A stretch of 64,000 nucleotides of DNA, taken from NCBI GenBank assembly GCA_964016885.1, contig OZ024746.1:81964001-82028000 (forward strand), in the 5' to 3' direction. This DNA comes from Eledone cirrhosa (Eukaryota). The notes beneath the pieces are model-generated. The model was not told the origin of the DNA and made no database searches. It saw nothing but the letters and a program-made list of their open reading frames with translations. How positions within the stretch are numbered: the first letter of the stretch is position 1; every line of letters begins with the position of its first letter. A program made the position numbers and the translations under genes. Below, in pieces: positions 40,545 to 55,504 of this stretch.

Positions 40545-41412
40545 ATATACCGGTGGACCAATCATGTTCAAACTTGGCATGTCAGTTCCTTAGACTCAGA
40601 AATAGGTTTTCCTCACATTTGGACCTATATCCATTCGTTTATAAGTTAGTTTGTCTGTTTGTCAAGCTGTGATCATAGTGACATTGGAAGCTGCAAGCAA
40701 ACAATGCCACCGAAAAATAGACTTTGATTTTGGAAGAAAGTCTCATAAAGCTATGACAAAGTAGCTACAAAGGGAAAGTGAAAGTGAAGAACAACGACAA
40801 GAAAAACAACAGCAAAATATAGGCTAAATGAATCAGAAGAACAAAGATCAAAAAGCCTTGCTGGTGATAACACAAGGAAAGCAAGTATTCATCAAGAGGA
40901 ATTAGATGTATGAAACTACAACACAAAACAGAGGAGATGAATCAGATTCACCAAAGACCATCAAGACCTCAACAACAAAGAATAAGAAGTGCACAGGATA
41001 GACAGGAGGAATCAGAGGAACAAAGATCAAATAGGCTTGCTGAAGATAGGGCAATGAAAGCAACTATTCGTCAAGAAGAATCAGATGTAAGATAGTCATC
41101 AAGACAGCAAATGCTCTATTGAGCAGCTTAAAGGCAACATGAGGAATCTGAAGCTCAAACAACTAAAAAGCTATGGGAACAGAGAGCAAAAACAAAAGAT
41201 TTACGATTTTAAAAGGTTTCCGAGTGGAACTTTGCTGCTTTTGGTTACAATCTACATCAAGACTATACCTTAGAACGTTTAATTCGAATTTGCTCAATGA
41301 AAAAATGTTGTCCAAATTCTGGTGTTAAAAATGGAATGGTGAGTCAACTGGATTGTGCTATTTAAATTGAAAGATTAAGTTCAAACTATTATCTGAACCC
41401 CCAGAATCCTTG
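40545..41412 (+). mobile_element. Helitron N-terminal coding remnant (STPR-like repeats plus zinc finger)
   Basis: RQEESEEQRSNRLAEDRAMKATIRQEES repeats, then ICSMKKCCPNS...NGESTGLC...KIKFKLLSEPPESL, resembling the Helitron CxxC..GE...CC..GK..L..PP motif. Confidence 0.72.
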
Positions 41413-41561
41413 TGTATTGCAAGTTTGATATACCAGTGCTTTCGTTAACTATAAACACGTATAATTCTTCATATAGATTGTGGATACTGTCAAAATATAC
41501 ACACCCACACACACACACACACACATACATTTATACACATACATACACACACATGCGCGCG

Positions 41562-41592
<31 letters not shown>

Positions 41593-43030
41593 ATACACAT
41601 ATATATATATATATTGTATGTGTGTGTATGTGTGATATTGTGTTCTTGAACAGTTCGTGTAATTCACGTGACGTCCGCTATGTTGATATGGTTGTCACAC
41701 ACTAGTTAGTCTGTAGACAAACAAATTAGAAGAAGCGATGACGTCGATAGAAAGCAGGTTCAAATAGTCTATCACCACATAGGATTAATTGTTTGAACAA
41801 ATTGGGTACATAAAACCCTAATACCTGCCTTAACCTGAACGACTGCGCTATCATTACGCCAAAGTGGGACTGGCCAACTGAATTGATTTATAACTGCTAA
41901 AGCAATTTTCCAACTCTGTTCAATCGAAAGTGGAATGAAGCGATGCTGGAAAGCCTAATTTAAGTAGATTAAAATTTTGAGATTTACAATTATATATGTA
42001 GCCGATCTCTCGGACTTTTGCGAAGCGCTGAAGTGAAAAAGCCAATACAAAGAGTGGTGTGTTCATGCATGGGGGTATTATAAAAGAACTTATAAAATAG
42101 AGTGACGACCCTTAAAGACAGAAAAAGAAGTTGCCATCGGCCGCTACAATTTACATTTTAGCAAATTTAACTAGAACATTTTATCGTTTAAATGAATGGT
42201 TAAAGATGAAGATGATTCAATGTGTTTTTGTTTTTGTTTATTTTATGCATATATTTTTGGTAAAGAATTTAACCGATGGTTATGGCCGCTTGATTAAGAA
42301 AGTAAACGTATTGAATTATACGATAAAGAAGTTAATCATATAACTGCAGTATGTTCGTTGGTTTGCTTTTAACATCTTCGTTAACAACTATGTAGATCAG
42401 GGGTCTCAAACATAAGGACTCAAAAGTGCAATTATGTCCTAGGGCAAGGCACAGCAGGCCAAAACTGAGATAGTGGGGTGGGGTATGATTTTCACCATTT
42501 ATAATGCTAATCTGTAATACAACTGATAAGCTACTGTTTTGTTTCCATCAAAATAAATACGTATATGATAGTTAGTGAGATATGTAAATTAGTACAAAAT
42601 GTAGGGAACAAAAATTTCACTTTTAATAAATTTGTTTTTATCCATTTTATTGTATTTCAATAAATTATAATAAATTGTACTATAAATATTTTTAAACAGT
42701 GAAAACAAAAGCAAGGTTTTATCCTTTACCGCTGTTACAAAATACAAATATTCCCACGTTTCTTGAAAACTTCAATTCTCTTTAGTAATCCCTTTTTTTT
42801 AATGAACATTGTCGATGGCTGATCTTAAATTGATTATCTGTTTGTATTAGGTTGGCAGATGAAGTTTAATACTGATGATGTTGCTGCAGCAAAAATATGG
42901 AAGTGGTGATGGACAAATTATCAAGTTTTAGGAAAATATTAATCACGAAAATTGTTCTGAAGTAGGCCATAGAAAAGTATAATAGTTTGCAGGCCAGTGG
43001 CCAAAAGCTAAGTAACCTACTGCTATATGT

Positions 43031-43510
43031 CTTCTTCTTCTTCTTCTTCTTCTTCTTCTTGGGAACGCCATGGAGGCAGAACCCCCATACACGCCTTCCG
43101 GAGAGTCCTATCAGAAACAACTGTCACCCATTGATCCGGCTGGATTCCCAAAAGACACCAACCGAGCTCATGAATGTTATCCAACCGTCTTGCTCAAGGT
43201 CTATCTCTGGGTCTCTCGTTGGTTGGCTTTGTCCGTAAAATCTGTCGAGTAATTATTTCCTTAAACATTCTAATCCCATGTCCGTAGTATCGTAGCTGTG
43301 ATCTCTCGGTTCGAAGAAGAGGTGGCTCTACCTGGAGCAACTCCTTGGTCTCCGAACTACGCACCCTACCGAGTGATGTTATTCCAAAGACCCTTCGGAG
43401 GAACCCCATTTCGACCACTTGTATTCGCGATAGTATTACTCAAGATTCATAACCATAGGTAAGAGTAGGCACGAACATCGAATTGAAGATGTTGATTTTG
43501 GCTTTTACAC
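43031..43510 (-). mobile_element. RTE-clade LINE 3' end with (GAA)n tail
   Basis: EMGFLRRVFGITSLGRVRS...QLRYYGHGIRM...RPRDRP; (GAA)10 tail at 43031-43060. Confidence 0.88.
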
Positions 43511-43859
43511 CTACTACTGTGTGTTTACTGTTATAAATCTCTACTCTGTTACTAACTTTGACACTGTCATGTTAACGTATCTATATGAAATTAAATTTGT
43601 TCACAAAAGAAGTGTCACCTGCTCGAATGTTTGAGAATATTATCGAATCAAAATTTGCGTGTCTAAATTATATGTACACAGTTACGAATATTTTCGATCT
43701 GTTTTGACAGGTCTAAAGCAGATTTGATTGGTTGAAAAATACAGGCTAGGATATATTTCAGTCGAAAACAACATTTGGCTTCACAGCAACACATTTCAGA
43801 ACAGAAAGATACCGAGATTAAATCCTCCAAACTGGTAAATCTACCCCCAGCACACACAC

Positions 43860-43901
<42 letters not shown>

Positions 43902-44044
43902 TGCAACTCATTTCTACTGCTATGTAAAGTGGAACAACGTTGTGTTCTTGAGCAAGTGTCTTGCTCAAGGACACAACGCATCGCCCGGTCCGGGAATCGA
44001 TCTCACAACCTCACTATTGTAAGCCCAATGCTCTAACCACTAAG

Positions 44045-44464
<420 letters not shown>

Positions 44465-44518
44465 ATATATATAAATATATACATATATATATATAAATAT
44501 ATACATATATATATATAA

Positions 44519-44553
<35 letters not shown>

Positions 44554-44568
44554 CGAAAATACAATATA

Positions 44569-44611
<43 letters not shown>

Positions 44612-44625
44612 GAAAATACAATATA

Positions 44626-44677
<52 letters not shown>

Positions 44678-44678
44678 A

Positions 44679-44926
44679 TGTCCATAATTTATCTCTACAA
44701 TAACCACCATTGATAAGTGTATGCTCCAGCGCACATGGTCAGACGTTGAGTATCGTCTAGATATCTTGTGTACAACCAAAGGAGCCCATATTGAAGTGTT
44801 CTGATGGTTTTAATAAAACTTTATTTGTTCACCTATCTTTTCCAATAAATCCTGTAGAGTTATCTTCATTTGCTCATTTTTTTCTAAATTTGTCAAATTG
44901 TACAGATAATTTATGGACACCTTGTA
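44679..44926 (+). mobile_element. Tc1/mariner deletion derivative with transposase C-terminus
   Basis: ITTIDKCMLQRTWSDVEYRLDILCTTKGAHIEVF*; TIR remnants TGTCCATAATTTATCT / AGATAATTTATGGACACCTTG|TA. Confidence 0.78.
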
Positions 44927-45694
44927 AATTATATATACACATACACGCGCACACACACACACACATGCACACACAAACGCCCCCACACACACATACACAC
45001 ATACATATGTATATAGAGAGATAGAGGAGAGAGACAGAGAGAGGGGGAGGGAGAGCCATGTATTCACGAAGCCCAGAATGCTGTTGTCCCAAAAATATAT
45101 TATATAAAAAGTTATCTTACTTAAAATTTCGGTTTTGTGCGAAGCCATGTTATAGGACTGAAGAATATAAGATATACAGTATGAGTAGTAGACGTATATA
45201 TGCAATAATACTGTACACCATTCTTAAATACTTTAACATAAAGTACTGTAAGCAAAAATAGATTCATTCTTAGTTTTAATTCCAGTTATTTACACAGGAC
45301 AGTTTGCATTACATAGGCAAATATTTGTCTTTTGTATATTCCACAATAATACATTATGTATAACTTGACAAACACCTTTATATTTGCTACTATAAGGAAT
45401 CTCATGACTAAGAAGTTTTCTTTGCATTTACTGATGCTCAACAATCATTTAACCACGATCGATTTCTGATGCGACTTTAAAAATTTGATTTATCTTGCTC
45501 AATACAATATGTCTTCAAAAGAAAGGAATAAAAAAATATGGTGTAAAATTACCTGCGGTGTTGCTTGTTATGAAAAAAATGATTTATTTTTTCCCATTAC
45601 ATAATTTCTAGAGATAGGGAGATTATTATTTCATAATTACATTGGATGTATAGTAGTAAAACTGATATACATTCTTAGGATATTTGTACAAAAC

Positions 45695-45787
<93 letters not shown>

Positions 45788-45972
45788 TATTAGAAAGTGA
45801 ACGTTTTTTTTACAAAATAAAAAAAAACGAGATGTCCTACACGAGTATAAGGAAAAAAGATGAAATCGAAAATGCAACTGGAGTCTTTTTTTTATTATAT
45901 ATTTATTTGGTTCCTTTACCGTTTTCGCAGTTCTTGTGCTTTTCAAAAGTAGAATTGAGATGGAGGGTTTGT

Positions 45973-46019
<47 letters not shown>

Positions 46020-47385
46020 TTAGTTATACTATTTATGGTTATGTAAATACAAAACCTTAAGCAGTTGTAAGTATTTTACACACACCCTAAATACCAGTAA
46101 GTTAAGTAGCTCAATGTAAAAACATCAGATGATTTACAGAGCAGTTATATGATTGTACCTATTAATATAAATGTAATCTCGAAGTGTGTACTGCCACTCT
46201 AAATTCTGTAATGAATGTTGACCCACAATGTTTGAATATGTATCAATGTTTGAATATGTGTTGGTATGTCTCTCGGCTGAAAAGGAGGTCATATAACTGT
46301 CCATGCATTAATAAATTGCTCCGAAGAATCCAAACCTCGGTTTGGAGGAAACAGCTGTAAGCACAATAATGTTTTGAACTGTTCTTTGATTCTTATATTT
46401 CATATATATATATATATATCGTGTAGCTCTTTTATTGGTTAGTTAATTTTGTTGGCTACTGCAGAGTACTGTAGTTGTTGGTGGTATCGTTATCCCTATC
46501 AGTATGTATGCCTTATTCTACAAGAAATGTTTTGGTCATATAGTTGGTGTAATAGTGTTGTGTAATAGACAAGTCCTCTGTGTTTCGTGGATTGTTAGTG
46601 TCGATTGGGATTTCTTATTCTTATATATATGATGGGCTTCTGCACATTTCCGCCTGCCAAATTCAATCACAAAGCACTGTTGGTAAAGTACACTTGCCCA
46701 AGGTACTACGTAGCAAGACTAAACAAGAAAATAACTCCTTAACCGCACAGACATGACTGATCCTATCGCACAACTACGAATATGTGTAACGTTTTTTTAA
46801 ATGGCACAAGTCTAGTAATACAGGAGGAGTTATAAAGTCGATTATATCGTCTCAAGGACTTAACTGGTATTTTATTTGATCGACCACGGAATGATGAAGA
46901 GCAAAGTTGACTTCGACAGGATTTGAACTCAAAAGGAAACAAGCAAGAACAAATACTGCTAGGCATTTGTCCGCCGCTCTAACAACTCTGCCAATCCACC
47001 GCACTTGTATCTTTTTTTAATGAACAGTAAATGAATTATTTCTTTATTTGAAGCAATATATTACATTGTTAAGTAAATATAAATTAAGTGTCCTATTCAA
47101 TGCCAAAATGCTATGAACCATAAGCTATCTAGTCTCTTATCTAATCAGCCAGATCATTTTTCAGTTTCTTTTATAATTATTGTTTTACAATTTTGTTTCT
47201 AGTTACAGTTTAAGGAAAAAAACGAAGAACATTTTTCTAATAGTTTTCTTTTTAAAGTTATAAAATGATTTATGAAAGAATTAACTTTAGTTATTAAATT
47301 TAATCCAAATTATAAATAAGCAATAAGCAATAAGCATTATAAAATGTATTATTCCCGCTCAAACTGTTTCTCTCTCTCTCTCTCC

Positions 47386-47416
<31 letters not shown>

Positions 47417-47418
47417 GA

Positions 47419-47452
<34 letters not shown>

Positions 47453-47622
47453 TGCTATATATATATATATATATATACTCTTTTACTCTTTTACCTGTTC
47501 CAGCCATCAGGCTGAGGCCATGCTGGGGCACAGCCCTTGATATATATAATTAAAACGAGCCAGACAATTAGGTATCGCCTAGGGTCGCCGATGTGTGTGT
47601 ATGTATATATATATATATATAT

Positions 47623-47708
<86 letters not shown>

Positions 47709-47851
47709 TGTGTGTGTGTGTGCGTGTATCTATGTAAGTATGTATGTTTCTAATAATTTTCTTTTTAAAAGGTTACAAAATTATTTATGAAAGAATTAAC
47801 CTTATTCATTAATTTAATCAAAATTATGAATGAGCAATATAAAATATATAT

Positions 47852-47918
<67 letters not shown>

Positions 47919-48597
47919 ATATATTATTTATATATAGATAGGTATGTGTGTATGTATGTATGTATGTATGTATGTATGTATGTATGTATGTATGTATGTA
48001 TGTATGTATGTATGTATGTATGTATATATGTATGTATGTATGTATTGGGTGCCATCATTAATATATAAGGCTTATGTATCTCAGTTTTTCTTTTTCTCTT
48101 GCTCTCTCTCCCACTTCCACTCCCTCTTCTTACACACACCCCTCTCTCTCTCTCTCTGTCCTTTGTCCCAACCCACGAATTTATAAATAATCTAATATTT
48201 TTTTTTTGTTATGGACATAATCAATTATATTCCGAGTGCCTTAACTTCTCTTTGAGCGCTTTTATTCATTATACACGGACCAATTATCTTCGACAGTAAT
48301 CAGTAATAAACAGTCTGAGATCTATGAGTGCTATGTCAAAAACAATTTGTTAAAATAATTCAACACACTTAGAAATTACTTTAGAAACTTTATAACTACA
48401 AACATGACTAGAATTGCCTTGTGGTTAGAAGAATACATTTACAGTATTGTTGCCTTTTACCTTCAAATTCATTGTATTATAGTTACTCTATTAGTAAACT
48501 AGTGGTAGGTATTAGAGATGGTGGAGATCCTGGTCTGGGGTTCCATCCTAGTCAGAATCTACACTAAGGGTGGGGGGGTATCACACATTTAAAAAAA

Positions 48598-48940
48598 AGG
48601 CGGTGGATTGGTTGAATCGGTAGATCGTCGGACATCATGCCTCGTGGCAGAGGGTTACGGCACTTTACGTTCAAATCCCGCCGAAGTTAGCTTTGTCTTT
48701 CATCCTTTCAGGGTCGATAAAATAAAGTACCAGTCTCGCACTGGAGTCGATTTAATTGACTTTCCCTTTCCCCCAAAATTATTGGCCTTGTGCCTAAATC
48801 AGAAACCGTTATTATTGGCAGGGTCGTAAGTGCGTCGGACAAAATGCTTTGCGAAATATCTTTACGGCCCTTTATGTTCTGAGTTCAAATATTCGTCGAA
48901 CATCAAATTTGTCGTTCATTCTTCTGGGGTTGATAAGTGC
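48598..48940 (+). mobile_element. Two adjacent SINE copies (13628 family)
   Basis: GTTCAAATCCCGCCGAAG...TTTCATCCTTTCAGGGTCGATAAAATAAAGTACCAG; a second degraded head starts at ~48815. Confidence 0.8.
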
Positions 48941-49059
48941 CAATGTAAGAAATAAATATTAGTGTCGTTGCTGTTGTTGTTGATGCGACATTCAAGTGAA
49001 CGAGCGTTTTTGAGATTGCTCTGCAAGACTTAGTTAATGAAAGAAATGTTTGTTATATT

Positions 49060-49301
49060 CAGGGGCGGTGATAACATTTTTGAATTGAGGGGGGTGGGGA
49101 CAAATTTATTTCGAAAATTTAGTTGTAGTGATTAGTTTAGCTCTTTGCACTCTAAAATTGTGAGAAAACTTCGATATGCGATAAACATAACATGTACATA
49201 TATTGTAGCGCATATCGAAATAGATGTGTGTTTTGGTAGTTTGGGGAGAAAAATATAATTATTGGGGGTGGGGCATGGCGCCCCCAATTCCACCGCCACT
49301 G
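49060..49301. mobile_element. hAT-like MITE (same family as 28537)
   Basis: TIRs CAGGGGCGGTG / CACCGCCACTG; internal identity with 28537-28771. Confidence 0.75.
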
Positions 49302-49879
49302 ATACTTTATTAAAGAAAAGCTTGTTATAAAAAAGGGATTTTCGAAACATTTGGACATCTACCTCAGTACCAGTGTAGGAATAGAGGCTTCTCTTTTAGA
49401 TATGTGTTTTATTTTGTTCTACTTGTTATTTACTAGTTATTCAAAATGGCTTCTTCTTTAAGGGTAGCAGTAAAAGGTGCTAGCAACAAACAAGGTAGCA
49501 CCGAAAGATTTGGATAAACATTTTGAAAACAATAACACTTTTTAAAAAGACAAACAAGAAAAAAGGAAATGAACACATTTGTAGAAACAGTTACAGCAAG
49601 TATTTACAATTTCCATAACGTTACTACCAATAACAACAAATTGTCTAGCTTTGCTAATCAGAGAAAGGTGATCGATATAGTTTACACTTGAAAAGAAAAG
49701 AGGATGAGAGATGTATATTACAAACGACAACACCTCGTTACATAAGGAATTGATTGAGAATTGAATAAGAAAGTGAGTAAAATACCTTTGTTTCTTAGAA
49801 AACAAAATAATGACCTATAAGCAAACAAATAAATTCTAACCGATATATGACACGATATATTTTCCATTAGTCGGAGTAT

Positions 49880-50730
49880 GTATGGAAGTTTGTGCCTAGA
49901 TTTTAAGATCGAAGATGAAGTGAGGTTACATGTGGAGTTGGTGTGTTACAAACCTGCTCACGGCCTAGCACCATAATGTATGAGGATACGAAACACAAAT
50001 GTCACAAGATATGCTGCTGGCCATTGGTTCCTCGACACCTTTACGACATAATATAAGATGATGGTGAGCGTGGAACTGACGCGAAATAACGCATGGCCTG
50101 GTCAGGTCTGTATAGATATGCAAATTCTTTACCTAGACTAACCCATTCCAGAGCTATAGCCCATTGTGAGGGCAGAAAGGAAAGTAATTTTACTGGTAGT
50201 GCAGGGTAGAAAACCTAGTTGCTATACATGTGACAGTAAGAGCCACTTGTGGACTATAAGCCAAGAGAAGATGAAACTGCAGAGGGGGAAGAGAGCGGTG
50301 GCCAGCAATAGATGTATCAATAAGAATAGACGGTCTCGGAAATTAAGAACAGCGAAAACATTGCCTCGTCCTCAGTGGCAGAAGCCGGAGACAAAGAAGG
50401 TGAGGGGCTTCTTTCCAGGTGTACTATTCTATCAGTTTCTGACTTTGGGTAGCAGATGGAGACAGGAGAATGGTGGCAAATTGTTGAATGAAGAGAGCAG
50501 GAAAAGAGGAAGAAACACAGAGAAAATTATTCGTGCCCAGGCTGAATAACAGCAAGTTCCAAGTGACACCATGAGATACACGGTTCTTTGAATCTCCAAG
50601 GAAGAATTCATGGATCATCTGAACGACTTGAGGGAGGATGCAAGAGTGATCTGCTCATCGAGGAGTCAGTATGCAACTGTTAAGTATTTTATCAGCATTG
50701 GCACCAAGGTCATTTTTGTAGCAGTCGTAA
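49880..50730 (+). pseudogene. Degraded LINE (L1/Tx1-like) ORF1 with zinc knuckle
   Basis: ILLVVQGRKPSCYTCDSKSHLW resembles VVEGRxPxCxxCxxxGHL. Confidence 0.55.
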
Positions 50731-52363
50731 CTCAAAACTGAGGAAAAACAAACTGTATACTCTGAAGCCATTAGTTCAACATATCAATGTCTATGAAGCC
50801 TCATTGACTTTTTAAAATAATTCTGTTGCAAAATTTCTTTCAATCGTATATTCCTCTATTTTAATTCTAGTAAAGAAAGACTGATCGACAACATATTCTA
50901 AGCTCATTGTTTCATGCATCAACCAGCATCATTAATTTAAATGTATTTATGATAATATCCCCGCTTGATAAATAATGACTTGCTTTTGTGTTCAGCTACA
51001 TAAATATTCAATTTCAGTTGTGTTGTTATAAATTTTGAATTGAATGATTATAGCAAAAGAGAATCAAAGAAAAAACAACTATTCAAAAATTCATTTTATC
51101 TCTTAATTTCTTTAATTATTTGACTTATGAGTAAAGAGTATGATATTGTTTGATGTTAATTCTCTTCTCAAATTCATGGCATTCATAAGAAAAATGTTAA
51201 TAGGATTATGGTCTTCATTATTTATTATATATGATAGTGTGCGTTTTATATAATAAATAATGAAGACCACATATATGATAATGTTCATTTCTTGACGTGA
51301 ACGATACAGAAAGGCAGGTGCGAGACCGCCAGCGATGGCGGGCATTGATAGACCTGGTCGGCTCTACACACGATGATGCTTCTGGAATTGCTGGCCTAAG
51401 ATTAAATCGAGCGAGAGCAAGAAGAAGTGTCCGTCTGTTCCAGTGACTAGTGTTGCAATTCAATTTAATTTCCCTTCCTTTTCCGTTTTCATAACCACAA
51501 AAGACACTTGCATTTTATACAATAACATTTAATAGTTATGACATTTCCGCCTTTTCCAAGAATTAATGATATCAGAAAAGTGAAATCATATTCCCGATTA
51601 CTTTATATCGTTTGCCCACGATATAGATAAAATACTGTTTAAAGAGCCTTTAATTAGTCGCACAACCCACTAGAAATAGCAGCGAAATCTCTCCCAAAAC
51701 ACATCATGTATTGCTTAAAAAAACGAAAGGCATGCTAACTAGTATAATTCTAGATATACTATTTAGTTATCTTTGTTCCGATATATTCATAATCCCATTG
51801 TTAAAAATCAAAATAGTAGCATAAAATAGTAGCATAAAATAGTAGTATAAAATTGGAGAGCAAGATTAGTTTTCTGATAGAAGATGTTTAGACTATGTGA
51901 ATATAAGCATCTGATAGAGATATCGAATGATTGGGATGGTATATTACATTCATAAGACCTTTTAGAGAATTTTGAATGGAAATGAAATCCAATCGGATGG
52001 ATCGTAGGAACATTCTAAAAAAAATTGTTTTTTATGTAGAGATGCAAAGGAGAGCAAATCCGTATGATTGAGCTAATTACTCTCTCTCTCTCTCTCTCTT
52101 TCTCTCTCTATCTCTCTCTATCTATCTATCTCTTTCTTTCTCTCGATTTATTGTTTATTGTCAAACGCCTGAATACGAGACGAAAGCTTCAACAGGGATA
52201 AAAACTGGTTCGCACACTCAGTTTGTCGGAAGAAATAACCATTCTACTGATCACCTGTAGTAACAACGCGCACTGCGTAATTAGATTTACACCATGTTGT
52301 ATTTAAACAAGCGTGAATATTAAAAGAAAACAGATTAAACTCTAAAACTGGAAATCTCTCTGC

Positions 52364-52398
<35 letters not shown>

Positions 52399-54361
52399 CA
52401 TATTTATCTATTTATCTACATATCTAGCTATCTATTTTAGTTACTTATTATTAAACAGCGTTTCATGTCAAAGATTAATTTATACATCTATGACCAAAAA
52501 AATAAACAAATAAAACTAGGATTGTTTTGATGGGGGTATATAAATCGAAGTGGTTATTAGATTGATAAGTGGAGCGTGAAAAGTAATTAATAAATGTTAT
52601 ATTGATCAATAAAATAGCAATTACACTCTTTAAAAAATGTTGTGTCAACCGTAATATTAAATTCCTCTAAGAGATATCTGAAGTGCTGGAGAGCAAAATG
52701 CAAGATACTAGTAAATCTAAACAGTGAAGAAGTTTCAATCTCACTGCTTTCGCGATATCATTTACGTTACTATTCCCCTAATGTTGTCGAGAAAACTGTG
52801 AATTTTACGACGTTATGCTTCCTTTCCGAAAATTGAATCACGTTTATTTTAAGTCAAAAACAACCAATGGAAATTCAATGTCTTTCTATTTAAACATTAG
52901 ATTTTTAAGGAAAGAGAAATAAATTAAAATAACACCCAAGCATTTCTCCTGAACTTGATTCGCAGGTTCAATTCTATGTGTGGTGTATGTTCGTCTATAT
53001 TTTTTCTTTGTTTTTCTTTGTGGGGTGGGGAGTGTAAATAGGCCAGAGGCTTTAGATATACAGGAGAACTGAAATGGGGAATTCTGTTATCATTTCTCAA
53101 ATTTATTATCACTTCCAGATAATAGGAGTCATTTCAATCAAGAATCGAAACCGGATGACATATACAAGTTCAACAGGGCTAGTCAATATGTAACACATTT
53201 TGTTTCAGGATCATTTCCCCATATTGTGTGTTTTCGAAGGCTTCTTTCACTGGTCATTTGACTCAGAAAAGTAACAAGTAATAGGTTCCGGGAATCGATC
53301 TCAGAACCTCACGATTGTGAATCCAACTCTCTAACCACTAAGTCATGCGATTTCACACACACACACACACATGTATATATATATAGAGAGAGAGAGAGCG
53401 AGAGAGAAGAGACAGAGAGAGAAAATTCATCTAGATACATAAGTATAAACATGCATTTATGGTGTCTATTCTTTACCAAAAATTAGGTAAATTTTGTATA
53501 TTTACTCTTCACACTTCTAATTATATATATATATATATATATATTCAAAAAAGAAAGAGAGGAAGAGAGAGAGGGAGAAAGATGCGTATATCTTTTACCA
53601 GTGTATATTGGCGAAGAATAAAAACACCGGCGAGAAACCGGAAAAAATCTGTGCTTTAGGAACGAATTCTCTTGAGATAATGTTTATATTCTGGTTGTCA
53701 GTGTGATGATACTCAAACTATTGTTCACTAATTGACGATATCAAATAAATAAATGAAATAAAACCTTTACGTGATCTACAAATGCTAGGTCTCACAATCT
53801 CTGAAGACTTCTAATAGAAGTTACACATGTTTAACATAGCCATGATTTCATAACAAATAAAAGGTTTCTGGTTCTTCGTATAAAATACGTTAGGCGCATG
53901 ACTGAGTGGTAAGTGTGTTGGACGTACGATCATAATGTTGTGGGTTCGATTTCTGGACAAATTTGTGTTTTCTTGTGCAAAACACTTCATTTCACGTTGT
54001 TCCAGGTTACACAGCTGGCAAATTAGTAGCAGCAGTAGCATAGAGTTCAACCCTGCGGTGGACTGGCGTCCTGTGCAGGGGGGGGGGGGTCGTCTTGTAC
54101 TTTCAGTCGCATAACATCACGGAGACCATGATAAACACCGGACTGATGAGCGGACTGACTGCGTTATGTCCTTGAGCAAGGCACTTTATTTCACGTTGCT
54201 CCTTCTACCTGGAGTTGCGACCGATAGATAGTGTTAGCAACTGGAAAGACCAACGGAAACATTGTTTCCTCGGTCCGATTTGACGAAAGTCGATCGCTAA
54301 AAAATAAAAAATATATATATTATATATATATATATGTGTATATTATATATATGTATATATG

Positions 54362-54393
<32 letters not shown>

Positions 54394-54468
54394 ATAATAT
54401 ATATATATATATATTATATATATATATTATATATATATAATATATATATATGTTATATATATATAGTA

Positions 54469-54539
<71 letters not shown>

Positions 54540-54774
54540 TATATATATATTATATATATATTATATATATATATATATTATATATATATATATATAAATC
54601 AGGAAAGAAGAGTGACACGGTTTGCTATACAAAGAAGGTTTTTAATCTCATTGCTGACAATTGTTTCTCTGAACTGGTAGGTCTAGAGATCGCTACCCGC
54701 TTATTTTCACGTTACTCGATCACCAATACAAAGTTATAACCAGTCAATTCACCGGAGTATATATATATATATAT

Positions 54775-54995
54775 ATATTTATTAAAATAACAGATTAAAG
54801 TTTAAGCAAAGAATCGCTGCTTTCACCCTTAACGGGATCTTCTGAAACTCAGAAGATCCCGTTAAGAGTGAAAGCAGCGATTCTTTGCTTAAACTTTAAT
54901 CTGTTATTTTAATAAATATTTCCTCTACGGTTCTTATATATTTGATATATATTTATCCTTATCGAGCCCTCTTTGGATTTTAGTCTTCAAATTTA
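54775..54995 (+). mobile_element. PLE-type fold-back (54775-54919) with a decayed hammerhead-like core
   Basis: 71-bp arms with 1 mismatch; CAGAAGA-T-CCC GTTAA GGG-T-GAAA. 54879-54919 recurs at 1396-1436. Confidence 0.7.
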
Positions 54996-55026
54996 TTATT
55001 ATTAACATACATACATACATACATAC

Positions 55027-55504
55027 ATTAGTGAAAAGGAGAATATTTATGCAGAACTGATGAGAAATCTGCAGATACTCCATCCTGATTACACCTTCAG
55101 ATTTATGCCTGTGATTATTGTGGCACTGGGATATGTTAGTAACTGCCTCAATACAAATCTCGAGAAGCTAGGCTTCACAGGAACAGAAAGAACACAAATA
55201 GTTATGAAACTACAAGTACAATCCATTAATGGAACAGTAAAAATATGTAAAACATTCCAAAAATTTTGCATCTAATAACTCCATGTACACATGTACAGAT
55301 ACAAAGCATATACACATGCACACATACAACTCACAAACATACACATCCACACATAGAATAACATCCATATCTACACATGCATGCATACATACATATCTAC
55401 CTAGTTGATGTTGTGTAAATTCCAATGAGAGAGTCTTGTGTCTATGTTAGAAACCGACTCTCTCTCTATTGGTAACACTTTGTGAAATTATAAAACGAGC
55501 AGAA
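55027..55504 (+). mobile_element. R4/Dong-like RLE non-LTR retrotransposon 3' end inserted in (CATA)n
   Basis: ISEKENIYAELMRNLQILHPDYTFRFMPVIIVALGYV...LEKLGF matches the RLE C-terminal EKxxKYxEL...PxxxGALG motif; (CATA)n on both sides. Confidence 0.78.
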
